Shown here: positions 37,872-46,702 of the stretch, piece after piece
How the letters are laid out: each line of letters opens with the position of its first letter
Numbering within the stretch: position 1 is the stretch's first letter
Assembly (NCBI GenBank): GCA_963717145.1
Contig: OY970325.1
Span: 3,648,001-3,712,000 of the forward strand
Direction: 5' to 3'
Source of the DNA: an uncultured Armatimonadetes bacterium
GTDB taxonomy: Bacteria > Armatimonadota > UBA5829 > DTJY01
DNA length: 64,000 nucleotides
The notes under the pieces: generated by a model
What the model saw: the letters and a program-made list of their open reading frames with translations, nothing else
The model's database searches: none
Told to the model about the DNA's origin: nothing
Translations under genes and position numbers: made by a program

Positions 37872-39785
37872 CTAGTGAATGATGGTCACTTCCCGGGCCC
37901 GGACCTGCCGGTAGAGCGAAGTGTCGGGGACGGCGCCCTTGAAGCAGGATGCGATCCCCGTGACCTTGACATACTTGCCCACAGGATTCTCTCCCTGCTG
38001 AACCGGAACAGCTCCCAGTACCTTGATCCCAACGTAGGCCGAGTTGTCCCTGCACCCAGAGCCATCATCGATGTAGAAGTATGTGCCGGCGCTGTAGGTC
38101 ACCTTGCCGAACGTGGTGATCAGCAAGCCAACGTTATTCATGCCAGGGCACTCCAACAACTGCAAGGAGCCGCCGGCTGTCACCCGGCGGTATTCCGCTA
38201 TGCCTTTCTGTCCGGCCCCCGAGCCTGAGTCATAGAACCAGTCTCCTCCACCGATCGCCTTGTTGGAGAGGGCTATCGGCTCGATGGTCCCGCCGCCGCT
38301 TGGGGTCACGACGGTCGCAAGGATGTACTTCTCGCCGGTCGCTGAGGTGCGCGCGGTTCCGGTGGCGGTCATACGCTGCCCCAAGCTCATCCCGTGGGCA
38401 GTCTTGCTGACAAGCATACCGGATGACCGGTCATCCGATTCAACATAGAACTGGCCGGTGGAGACCACGTACGTAACAATGCAGTCTATGACCGTGCTCG
38501 CGAGGTTGGCCCCCCGCTTGGCAGAGGAAGTGTTCCCCAAAACCGTGTATCCGTTCGCCAGCATGCCACACAAACCGGTCGCATCCATGATGGCCACATT
38601 CCAGAGGCCGCCCCCTGCATTGGTCAGGTCCAATGTGCAGTCGATCTCCGCTGGGTTTATGTAAGTAGAGTTGGACATAATGTCGCTCTGCCCTTGCTTG
38701 GTCAATCTGACCGTTAGTCCGGGGAAGAAGTTCTGTCCCAGGATTTGGAGGCTGCTTGTGGTATTGACTTTGCCGGAATTCGGCGTCACGCTGGTGATCT
38801 TCGGCCCGATATCTGCGCTGGCGACACGGAATCCCAAGGGTCCGTTAGTACCGGCGGGGTACGAATAGTTCCGATGGGACGCACGCTGTGTGAGGCCAAC
38901 GTCGGTGTCGCAGGGCATGGTCCAATTACCGCCGCTATAGCCGCGCTTAGCGGAAATGGAATCCTGATAAGGGATGGCTTCGTTCCATTCCCCAACGTTG
39001 CCGCCCTGATCGAATGTGCCATAGGGGCTTGGCGAGTTCCGGAACTGGCCGACAACAGTGCTGAACTTGCCGTTGTCTATGGGATATGTCCCTGTTGCGC
39101 TGTAGTCGTAGTGGTTGGCGTTATTGCCGTTGGGATCGTTCAAATCACGGCCTGGTATCACGTCGCTGCTGGTGGGATAGTCATAGTACCCGGCGTTCGT
39201 TCCATGGCCCTTGTAGTAAGCCGCCTTGTACCATTCGTTCTCGCTGGGGATGAACCATTTTGCCCCAGGCTTCCGCACGATGGATTGGCCAAAGGTGCCA
39301 TTATAGCCATTGATTGCGTAAGCCCCGTCTTCAGTCGTGGAGGCACCTTGGGGCCCTGTAGGCTGGCCGTTATGAAGCCAGTTGGCGAATCGGCATGCAT
39401 TCCAGAAGCTCACGCAATTGACAGGCCTGTTTGCATAATCCGCCGCCACGCTGTAGCTGTAACTGCCGGAGCTCCCGGAACGCTGAATCTTGGGGCTCCA
39501 TTCGTAGTCCCACATGCTCGTATTGTACAGCCCGTAGGTGTCGTCGGCAGCGACCGCGTTCAGGAAGGCGGTGTACTGGGCAGCGGTGACTTCGTACTTG
39601 CCGATGTTGTAGGTATAGCCCACCGAGCCGTAGCCGGTCGTGCCGTCCTGCATGACTTCGGTGTCCGCCTGATTGCCCGCATCGCCAACTCGAACGGTCT
39701 CGATGCTGATAGTCGCCTGAGCCAGCCCGCCGAGGCAGAGCAGTACGAGCGCCAGGAGCAGTCCAAGGTTCTTTCTCAATACCAT
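37872..39785 (-). CDS. Secreted FGE-sulfatase (SUMF1)-fold protein with IPT/TIG domain and C-terminal OB-fold-like region
   Basis: Signal peptide; IGKYEVT, PSENEWYKAAYY, FDQGGNVGEW, GFRVA; PKITSVTPNSG; FYVESDDRSSG...FYIDDGSG. Confidence 0.85.
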   Translation of the reverse strand: MVLRKNLGLLLALVLLCLGGLAQATISIETVRVGDAGNQADTEVMQDGTTGYGSVGYTYNIGKYEVTAAQYTAFLNAVAADDTYGLYNTSMWDYEWSPKIQRSGSSGSYSYSVAADYANRPVNCVSFWNACRFANWLHNGQPTGPQGASTTEDGAYAINGYNGTFGQSIVRKPGAKWFIPSENEWYKAAYYKGHGTNAGYYDYPTSSDVIPGRDLNDPNGNNANHYDYSATGTYPIDNGKFSTVVGQFRNSPSPYGTFDQGGNVGEWNEAIPYQDSISAKRGYSGGNWTMPCDTDVGLTQRASHRNYSYPAGTNGPLGFRVASADIGPKITSVTPNSGKVNTTSSLQILGQNFFPGLTVRLTKQGQSDIMSNSTYINPAEIDCTLDLTNAGGGLWNVAIMDATGLCGMLANGYTVLGNTSSAKRGANLASTVIDCIVTYVVSTGQFYVESDDRSSGMLVSKTAHGMSLGQRMTATGTARTSATGEKYILATVVTPSGGGTIEPIALSNKAIGGGDWFYDSGSGAGQKGIAEYRRVTAGGSLQLLECPGMNNVGLLITTFGKVTYSAGTYFYIDDGSGCRDNSAYVGIKVLGAVPVQQGENPVGKYVKVTGIASCFKGAVPDTSLYRQVRAREVTIIH

Positions 39786-39786
39786 G

Positions 39787-41019
39787 TTAATCCCCTCTCA
39801 GTCGGTATGTGATATCGCACCCAAATCTCTGGCCGGCAGCCAGAAGCTGCCGCCAGACCAGGGTGGTTGTCGGGGGGTTTTTCCTGATGTCATCGGCCTG
39901 GGGCTCTGCTGATCGCAGTTCGGCGTTCAGCGGCAGGCGGATGGCAAGTGCAAAAGCGGAATCGTCGTCGTAGCTGGTCAGTTGTTGCCAATGGAATTTC
40001 CAACTTCCATCATCCTGCCTGATTGCCGCGCGCTCTTCTGCCGGGCGGGTGACGAGCACTTTCTCCAGTCTCTCCCCCGGAGGCACCGGCGGCGAGAGCA
40101 CGGCAGAATAGCTGTACGTGTTCTGGTATCTCAGATCATCGTTATTGTCTTCCTGGGTGAACGCAAGCTCTTCGCCTCTTACACCCAGATACTCGAGAGT
40201 GTTGCCCTTGCTGCCACAGAAGAGGATCTGGCTAAGCGGCTCGTCGGATGTATTCACCTGACTGGAAAACGTATAGAGCAGCGGCCTTCCGTCGGTCTCC
40301 AGTTCGACTATCTGCATCAGGCTGATCTCTTCCTCCAGCGCGTCGAGGGCAGAGAGAGTCCTTCTCGTGCCATCAAGCCGGCTGCGGCATCTCGGGCACT
40401 TCCGCAGGTGACGCTCCATTGCCTCAGCCTCGTCGGGAGGCAGGCATTCATACAGGTAGTCAAGCATGCGGGTTGCATTGAGGTCTGCGCACGTCATCTC
40501 CATCACCTCCTCGGCGACGCCGATCGCCTTCTTCAGCCTGCCGATTGCCATGCTCACACGCCATTTGGCAGTGCCCTCGGCGCAGCCGGATTGGTCGGCG
40601 ATCTCGTTGTAGGTAAATCCGCAGTAGTGCTTCATCAAGAGGGCGGTCCTCAGATCGGGAGGAAGCTCGGCGATTGCCCTACGGATTTCCATCAGCTCCA
40701 CATGATCGGTCGTGCCGACCGACGAGTCCTGAACTCGATTCAGGTCCCCGGCCTGCTCCTCATCGCCGCCGATCTCGGAGTGCACGTAACGCAGACGCAT
40801 GTGGGAGAAAAGGAGGTTTCTCGCGATGGTGCAGAGCCAGGCCCGATCGTTCTCCCCCCGGCAGCCGGATATGTTGTTGAGCGCCTTGAGATACGTCTCC
40901 TGGAGCAGGTCGTCCGCCAGGTCAATATCTCGGGCAAGGCCGATCAGCATCCGCCTCACGTGCTGCCTGTTTGACGCCCAGATCCGCTCCAGGCGCTCTC
41001 GATCGTCTGTTGTCTGCAT
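39787..41019 (-). CDS. ECF sigma-70 factor fused to zf-HC2 anti-sigma motif and an unknown C-terminal domain
   Basis: ADDLLQETYL, AWL.TIARN (region 2); GFTYNEIA...GTAKWR (region 4); HLRKCPRC. Confidence 0.88.
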   Translation of the reverse strand: MQTTDDRERLERIWASNRQHVRRMLIGLARDIDLADDLLQETYLKALNNISGCRGENDRAWLCTIARNLLFSHMRLRYVHSEIGGDEEQAGDLNRVQDSSVGTTDHVELMEIRRAIAELPPDLRTALLMKHYCGFTYNEIADQSGCAEGTAKWRVSMAIGRLKKAIGVAEEVMEMTCADLNATRMLDYLYECLPPDEAEAMERHLRKCPRCRSRLDGTRRTLSALDALEEEISLMQIVELETDGRPLLYTFSSQVNTSDEPLSQILFCGSKGNTLEYLGVRGEELAFTQEDNNDDLRYQNTYSYSAVLSPPVPPGERLEKVLVTRPAEERAAIRQDDGSWKFHWQQLTSYDDDSAFALAIRLPLNAELRSAEPQADDIRKNPPTTTLVWRQLLAAGQRFGCDITYRLRGD

Positions 41020-41235
41020 ATTCACCTGAGCCTGCTCCTCATAAGTATAGACGCTTTCATTGTTGGGAATGGTTGGTATGCCCAGACGCGCAATGGGGGA
41101 ACAGGATGAGTCCCGTTCCCCCATTGCGTCCCAGTATCCCGGCGGTTTCCAATCCGGCGGATTAGCAGTCATCCTGAACTTGATTCAGGATCGCCCCCCG
41201 ATTCCGCATTCCGCACTCGCAATTCCGCATTCGGA

Positions 41236-42312
41236 CTATCCGTTCGCCGCCTTGAACTGCTTCATGAACGCCACGAGCGCATCGACCGCCTCCTGCGGCA
41301 CCGCGTTGTAGATGCTCGCCCTCAGTCCGCCGACCGAGCGGTGTCCCTTCAGGCCGATCAGCCCCGCCTTCTTCGATTCGTCGACGAACTTGGCCTCGAG
41401 TTCCTCGCTCGGGAGACGCCACACGACGTTCATGATCGAGCGGCTTTGGGTGTCGATCGGGCACTTCCAGAAGTCGCTGGAGTCGATCTCGCCGTAGAGC
41501 GTCGCGGCCTTCTTCTCGTTGATCTTCTGCACGCCCGCGATTCCGCCGAGGCCCTGGACCCACTCCGTCACGAGCTTCAGGATGTAGATGCCCCATGTGT
41601 TCGGCGTGTTGTAGAGGCTCGTGTTCTCGACGTGAGTGCCGTACTTGAAGAAGAGCGGCAAGCTCTCTGACTCCCGCTCGAGCAGGTCCTTGCGAAGGAT
41701 CACGAGCGCCAGGCCGGACGGGCCGAGGTTCTTCTGAGCGCCCGCATAGATCATCGCAAACTGGTTCACGTCGATCACGCGTGACATCATCTCGCTCGAC
41801 ATGTCGGCGATCAGCGTATCGACCTTCGGGAACTCGGTGAACCGGATGCCGCCGATCGTCTCGTTTGAGCAGATGTGGAGATACTCCGAGCCCGCGCTGA
41901 TGTCGAGTTCGCTCGGCTTCGGCGTCCGGGGATAGCCCGCTTCCTTGCCGGACCACGCGATGTGGGTCGAGCCGCCGATCTTCGCCTCCTTGATCGCCTT
42001 CGACGCCCAGCTTCCGGTGTCGACGTAATCCGCCGTCTTGCCCGCTCGCCGGAAGCTCATCGGGATCGTGGCGAACTGGAGGCTCGCGCCGCCCTGCAGG
42101 AAGAGGACCGCGTAGTCGTCCGAAACGCCCATCAAACTGCGGACGTTCGCCTCAGCCGCGTCGATAATCGCCTGGAACTCCTTCGAGCGGTGCGACAGCT
42201 CCATCACCGACATGCCGCTGCCGGCATAATCGGTCATCTCGGCCTGCGCCTTCTCGAGGACAGGTAGTGGTAAGGCAGCGGGCCCTGCGTTGAAATTGTG
42301 AACTCGTGCCAT
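41236..42312 (-). CDS. serC: Phosphoserine aminotransferase
   Basis: NFNAGPA, SHRS, LQGGAS, ADMSS, YAGAQKNLGPSG, GHRSVGGLRASIYNA. Confidence 0.97.
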   Translation of the reverse strand: MARVHNFNAGPAALPLPVLEKAQAEMTDYAGSGMSVMELSHRSKEFQAIIDAAEANVRSLMGVSDDYAVLFLQGGASLQFATIPMSFRRAGKTADYVDTGSWASKAIKEAKIGGSTHIAWSGKEAGYPRTPKPSELDISAGSEYLHICSNETIGGIRFTEFPKVDTLIADMSSEMMSRVIDVNQFAMIYAGAQKNLGPSGLALVILRKDLLERESESLPLFFKYGTHVENTSLYNTPNTWGIYILKLVTEWVQGLGGIAGVQKINEKKAATLYGEIDSSDFWKCPIDTQSRSIMNVVWRLPSEELEAKFVDESKKAGLIGLKGHRSVGGLRASIYNAVPQEAVDALVAFMKQFKAANG

Positions 42313-42449
42313 TCTCTGCTCCTTCTCGTCGTCATAGTCTGCGAGCATCACTGCGCTCGCCTGCCGATATTCTCCACTCTGATTATTCGACTGCGCGCCG
42401 TGAATTCCCTTGTAACAGATTTCACAGATGTCAGTACGCCACTGCTGCG

Positions 42450-45400
42450 TCAGTCCTCGATCCGAAGCTCTGCCTTGCCGCCGGAGCTGGCGAGCGGGAT
42501 CAACGCATTCACGACGCCGCTTCTCGATCGGCCGATCTCCGTCCACTCAGTGCCGCCCTCCCTGCGCATCATGAGCCGCGAGCCGGCCGTACAAGGAAGG
42601 CTCAAGGTGACATCGTCGGTCGCCTCCAGGGTGTACGAGCCGTCATCGGTCGCATACAACGTCGCGAGCCCGGGCACGATCACCTTGTCGCCGATCCCGT
42701 ACTCGTAGAGATGGAAGGTCGCCCGGCCGTCGCCATCGGAGTCGGTGAAGATCGGCTTGAGTCCCTCGGCGGTGCGCTTGCTCTCATCGTCCAGCACCAC
42801 ATCGTACCGGACTTCTTCAGGCGCTCGGCTCCCGAATGCGCCTCGGACTCGGAGGGGCGTGTCGCCGGCCTCGTTCTCAATCACCGCGCCCCGATAGAGC
42901 GAGTAAGTTGAGTGCCATACGCCATCGAGTTGTGCCAATGCGGCGAAGTCGAGCATCGTCTTGTTCTTCACCACGCCGTCCTCGAAGCCCACCGCGACTC
43001 CCTCCGCAAGCAGGCTCGTTGTCCCGAGAGTCAATCGAAGCTTCCCATGCCCGGAGGCCCTCGCACCTACGACCTCGTATGCGTCACATCTCTCCGCACT
43101 CTCGATCCGTACCCGCCTGCCGATCAGCGCCTTCGGGTCGCCGATAGTCATGTCTACGGTGATCTCATTCGCGTCGCGGTCAAGGGCAATGATCTTCCCG
43201 ACATTCTCCGCCCGAGCAAGCCCGATCGAGGCATCCCTCGCGATGAGAAGTTTCCCACTCGACAGGAAGAGCCGCTCGATCCGCTCTCCATTCCGACGGA
43301 CCAAGCCCAAATCCCCAATCAGCGCCATGTCACCCAACTTGGCCGATCCGTCCGGTATCCCCGTCGAGAGAATCGTGTCCTGGGCGGCTTCCGTGGTTAC
43401 TCGGATTCCCGACGGACGGTATCCATCGATCGCCTTCCCCCGAGGCGCAAGACGCTCGATGCCACTGATTACGCGCTTGTCCGAGTACGGCTCGATCACC
43501 GTCAGGTACTCGCTCGTGAGCGGCGCATCATCCGTGCGGCACGCGAACGAATAGGTGATCGTGTAGTCATCGGGCTGCGAGGGAGCGCGTCCGTCCGCCA
43601 AAACGAGTTCCGTTCCCGGCTCGGGGAGGCCGGTGACGCGAACGTGAACCTTCCGCGCGCCGGCCAAGTCGTAGTCCAGCGACCACGGGGCGGTCACCGT
43701 GCCTCTGCGGATGTTCGTGAACATCGCCTGGTAGTCGAGGAGCGGTTTGCCGTCGGGACCGGGGCGGGATGCCTTGTACTCCACATCCTCACCCGCCAGA
43801 GTGCCCTTCGCCTGCTGAACGAGCGCCGGTCCATCGTAGACCGGCTCGACCCCCGGGCCGTGCCAACTCTGCCAATGCTCGCCTCCCCCGCGGACCCGAA
43901 AGATGTCCGCCATATAGCAATCCTGAGGCGAGAGGTCGATCATAAGGCTCGTCCGCCGGTAGAGCCGCTCTCCCTCGCCCCCCGGGAGAGGGCTGGGGTG
44001 AGGGGGCTCTCCGAAGGCGAGGTCAGCGGTACGATATGGGTCCTCCTGCGAGTCGATCATCTCGACCCCATTCGCCAACTGCAGCGATATCAGTCGCCCG
44101 AAGTCGTGTATCGTCGGGTTCTTCTGGTCGATCATCACCGTGTTGTGGGTGGCGATGTGCGTCTCCCAGGTGGCGGCGAAATCCCAGGACTTCGGGTATC
44201 CGAGGTCGGGGAGAAGCGCCTTGCCGAGCGCCTCGAACCCGAGGTTCAAGGGGTCGCGGTGGATGTGCGCCGGGTGAGCGCCGTAGAACACCCAGAGCGC
44301 CTTCTGGTCCTCCTCACTCCCTGACCGGGCGATAGCGAGCCGGTAGCCGTCGAAAAGCTGCGTCTTCCTGGGCAGGAACGTTCCGAGTTTCTTCACGGCT
44401 TTGCGAACCTTGTCATCGATCGGCTTGTCGAATACCGACGGGTGGCTGATCTTGCCGGTCGAGTCCATCAGTGTCGTGGCGACGCGGTCATCGCCGTATT
44501 GCCGGTAGACGGTCTCGCCATAGCCGCTCAGAAGCGATCGGAGTCCTCTATCGCGGTCGGTCGGATGCAGAGGCTCCGGTCCGCCGCAGTCTCCGACGCC
44601 GGGGAAATACCTATCGAGCAGGATCAGGTCCATGAAGTAGCTCTGTGCCATCGCCTTCAGCTTGGGCTCATCCCACATCACGGGGAAACGCGCAGTGTCG
44701 ATCTGCTCCGGGTGAAGTTTGCGGAGTTGCTCGACCTTCTCCATCGTCGGGAACATCGCCAGCTTGCTGGTGTTGTAGCCGATGCTCTCCGCTCCCCCAC
44801 CATCCTTGAATAGCGAGTTGCTCGCGAACGTGCGGAGTGGGCCGGTCGATTTATAGTAGAGCCAGTCGATCATCTCGAGCGAGTCCGGCTTGTTCACGCC
44901 CTTGACGTCGTCCATCACCAGGGCCAGGGTCGCTGCGGAGTTCTGATGCATGCCGAAGTTGCCGACGATGACGGTATCCTGGAGCGCCTTCGCACCTACT
45001 CGGACGATGTTCTCCTCCACATAGAGCCGCAGTTCCGCACCAGTCTTGACAGTCGGGAGTTTGCTCGACAGAAACTCGACCGTATCGGGATCATCGAGGG
45101 CGTCGTAGATTCGATCGTAGGCCGCTGCGATCCCCGCTACGTCGCTGCACGACCAGATGTAGTCGGTGATGAACCCGGATCGAACGGCATACGGATACTT
45201 GTAGCAGCGATCCGCCTTGTCGGTGGAATTGGGGAACTGCTCGGCGAGTCGGAGCAGGATCACCGCCGCTTTGTGGGCATATCGCTTGTCGCCGGTCAGC
45301 AGGTAGAGCTGCGAGAGCCGATCGAGCGCGGGCCGAACGCCATTGAGGTAGACGGCATGGATGTACTCGCCGAGGAAGAAGTAGGTATCGCCGTCCTTCT

Positions 45401-45890
45401 TGAAGCCGGTCCCGTCGTCCGGGAAGTCGCCGGATGTCAGGTCGCCGGCCGCGAAGTCATTCGAGGGATACCACTCGCCGCCGATCGGGCACTGGATCTT
45501 GAAGGGCTTGTTGAACGGGTCGATCTTCCAGGGATGGAAGACGCTGAACTTCTTGATCTCGAGGCCGTGGACCGGGCAGCCCTTGTGCTGGTTGACGTAG
45601 TATTCGCGGTGGATGCGCGTGTCCGGCATCAGTTCCCAAAGCTGCTCATCGGGCACATCGAGGAGTTGATCCGCCGACTTCCCGACCTCGCACCACGCGG
45701 ACTTGATGACATCGTCCTTGAGCCCTTTGACCGTGTCCTTCGCCCACTGGTACTTCGCGATGTTCTCGCGGGCGGTGGCGATCTCGTCATCCGTGATCGC
45801 CGTCCGCCGAGTCTTCGCCGATCCGGCCCCGAATGAACTCGTGAGAAGCGCCGCCGAACACAACAGCGCTAAGATGAACAGCTTGGGCAT
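42450..45890 (-). CDS. Large secreted heparinase II/III-like polysaccharide lyase
   Basis: Signal peptide; YLLTGD..YA.KA, HIHRDPLN, PDLGY, THNTV. Confidence 0.75.
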   Translation of the reverse strand: MPKLFILALLCSAALLTSSFGAGSAKTRRTAITDDEIATARENIAKYQWAKDTVKGLKDDVIKSAWCEVGKSADQLLDVPDEQLWELMPDTRIHREYYVNQHKGCPVHGLEIKKFSVFHPWKIDPFNKPFKIQCPIGGEWYPSNDFAAGDLTSGDFPDDGTGFKKDGDTYFFLGEYIHAVYLNGVRPALDRLSQLYLLTGDKRYAHKAAVILLRLAEQFPNSTDKADRCYKYPYAVRSGFITDYIWSCSDVAGIAAAYDRIYDALDDPDTVEFLSSKLPTVKTGAELRLYVEENIVRVGAKALQDTVIVGNFGMHQNSAATLALVMDDVKGVNKPDSLEMIDWLYYKSTGPLRTFASNSLFKDGGGAESIGYNTSKLAMFPTMEKVEQLRKLHPEQIDTARFPVMWDEPKLKAMAQSYFMDLILLDRYFPGVGDCGGPEPLHPTDRDRGLRSLLSGYGETVYRQYGDDRVATTLMDSTGKISHPSVFDKPIDDKVRKAVKKLGTFLPRKTQLFDGYRLAIARSGSEEDQKALWVFYGAHPAHIHRDPLNLGFEALGKALLPDLGYPKSWDFAATWETHIATHNTVMIDQKNPTIHDFGRLISLQLANGVEMIDSQEDPYRTADLAFGEPPHPSPLPGGEGERLYRRTSLMIDLSPQDCYMADIFRVRGGGEHWQSWHGPGVEPVYDGPALVQQAKGTLAGEDVEYKASRPGPDGKPLLDYQAMFTNIRRGTVTAPWSLDYDLAGARKVHVRVTGLPEPGTELVLADGRAPSQPDDYTITYSFACRTDDAPLTSEYLTVIEPYSDKRVISGIERLAPRGKAIDGYRPSGIRVTTEAAQDTILSTGIPDGSAKLGDMALIGDLGLVRRNGERIERLFLSSGKLLIARDASIGLARAENVGKIIALDRDANEITVDMTIGDPKALIGRRVRIESAERCDAYEVVGARASGHGKLRLTLGTTSLLAEGVAVGFEDGVVKNKTMLDFAALAQLDGVWHSTYSLYRGAVIENEAGDTPLRVRGAFGSRAPEEVRYDVVLDDESKRTAEGLKPIFTDSDGDGRATFHLYEYGIGDKVIVPGLATLYATDDGSYTLEATDDVTLSLPCTAGSRLMMRREGGTEWTEIGRSRSGVVNALIPLASSGGKAELRIED
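43969..44006. repeat. CCCTCACCCC..CCCTCTCCC..GAGGG REP-like repeat in-frame in the lyase gene
   Basis: Encodes PPHPSPLPGGEGE, a translation typical of this repeat family. Confidence 0.75.
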
Positions 45891-45903
45891 CGTCTACTCC
45901 TTA

Positions 45904-45938
45904 CAGAAAAGCCCCGACTCTCAAAGAGAACCGGGGCC
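45904..45938 (-). terminator. Intrinsic terminator after hicB
   Basis: GCCCCGG..CUC-UUU-GAG..UCGGGGC followed by UUUUCU on the minus strand. Confidence 0.6.
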
Positions 45939-45959
45939 TGTTGCGATTTCCAGTCCGGT

Positions 45960-46175
45960 CTACGCCGCTACACGAATCTTCCCGACATCCGTTACCGGCT
46001 CCGGTACGGGCTTTCCTTCGCCTTTCAGCGTTTCCACATAAAGCTCTATAGCTTCCTTGATGAGTTTTTGAACTTCCTCCAAGGTGTCGCCAGCTGCGAC
46101 ACAGATAGGAAGATCGGGAACATGTGCTCCCCAACTCGTGGGGCCTTTTTCGTAGATGACTGCATATTCTTTCAT
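45960..46175 (-). CDS. hicB: HicB family antitoxin (short form)
   Basis: YAVIYEK...VPDLP.C...GDTLEE...EAI....GKPVPEP. Confidence 0.92.
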   Translation of the reverse strand: MKEYAVIYEKGPTSWGAHVPDLPICVAAGDTLEEVQKLIKEAIELYVETLKGEGKPVPEPVTDVGKIRVAA

Positions 46176-46366
46176 GGTCTGTCCTCCCAACCTGCCTGCT
46201 CGTAGATATGCTTCACCGTGCCCATGGGCAGGTCCTTACCCGGATGACCTGCCACCACCACGACTCCCTTGCCCGTTGGATGCTTGAGCACTCGGTGGCT
46301 TCCAGCTTGCCGGTCGAGATACCACCCATCCTCATTCAGCCGCTTGATAATGTCACGGACTTTCAT
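46172..46366 (-). CDS. hicA: HicA family toxin
   Basis: L..DGW..RQAGSH...KHP...VAGH.GKDL..GT. Confidence 0.92.
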   Translation of the reverse strand: MKVRDIIKRLNEDGWYLDRQAGSHRVLKHPTGKGVVVVAGHPGKDLPMGTVKHIYEQAGWEDRP

Positions 46367-46395
46367 GCGACCCACTCAGACGTGATCTGCTTCAT
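46363..46395 (-). pseudogene. N-terminal remnant of a HEPN-domain gene (MKQITSEWVA*)
   Basis: Overlaps the MNT 3' end where HEPN partners usually start; resembles MK..T.EW..KAE.D HEPN N-termini; its TGA overlaps the hicA ATG. Confidence 0.55.
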
Positions 46396-46696
46396 AGAGT
46401 ACCCTACCGGTCGTCAGTATGTCGTGGATGAACGTATCGCCTATCGCCAGCCGCTGCCGGACCTTCTCAGGAGTCCTCACGAGGATGTCAAGAGGGAACT
46501 TCGGGCGGAATCTCAGCCGCATTTCGACCGACTTCTCGACCGCCTTACCCTCAAATGGCATCACAATCAGAAGATCGACGTCCGAGTCCTGGGTCGGAGT
46601 GCCATGAGCATAGGAGCCGAAGAGAACAATCCGCTCAGGATGGTATGCCTCCGCAATCTGCCGGCTAAACCTGGTTATCTCACGCATGCTGGCCAT
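46376..46696 (-). CDS. Minimal nucleotidyltransferase (MNT) antitoxin-like protein
   Basis: LFGSYAHG...DSDVDLL; DILVRTP; G.VLYE. Confidence 0.9.
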   Translation of the reverse strand: MASMREITRFSRQIAEAYHPERIVLFGSYAHGTPTQDSDVDLLIVMPFEGKAVEKSVEMRLRFRPKFPLDILVRTPEKVRQRLAIGDTFIHDILTTGRVLYEADHV

Positions 46697-46702
46697 GACC
46701 GA

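Noticed and set aside
38820-38960. FGE/C-type-lectin-fold C-terminus as a diversity-generating retroelement variable region
   Set aside because: No template repeat or reverse transcriptase seen in the window.
41201-41234. ATTCCGC heptamer repeats after serC
   Set aside because: Common short intergenic tandem repeat; no evidence of specific function.
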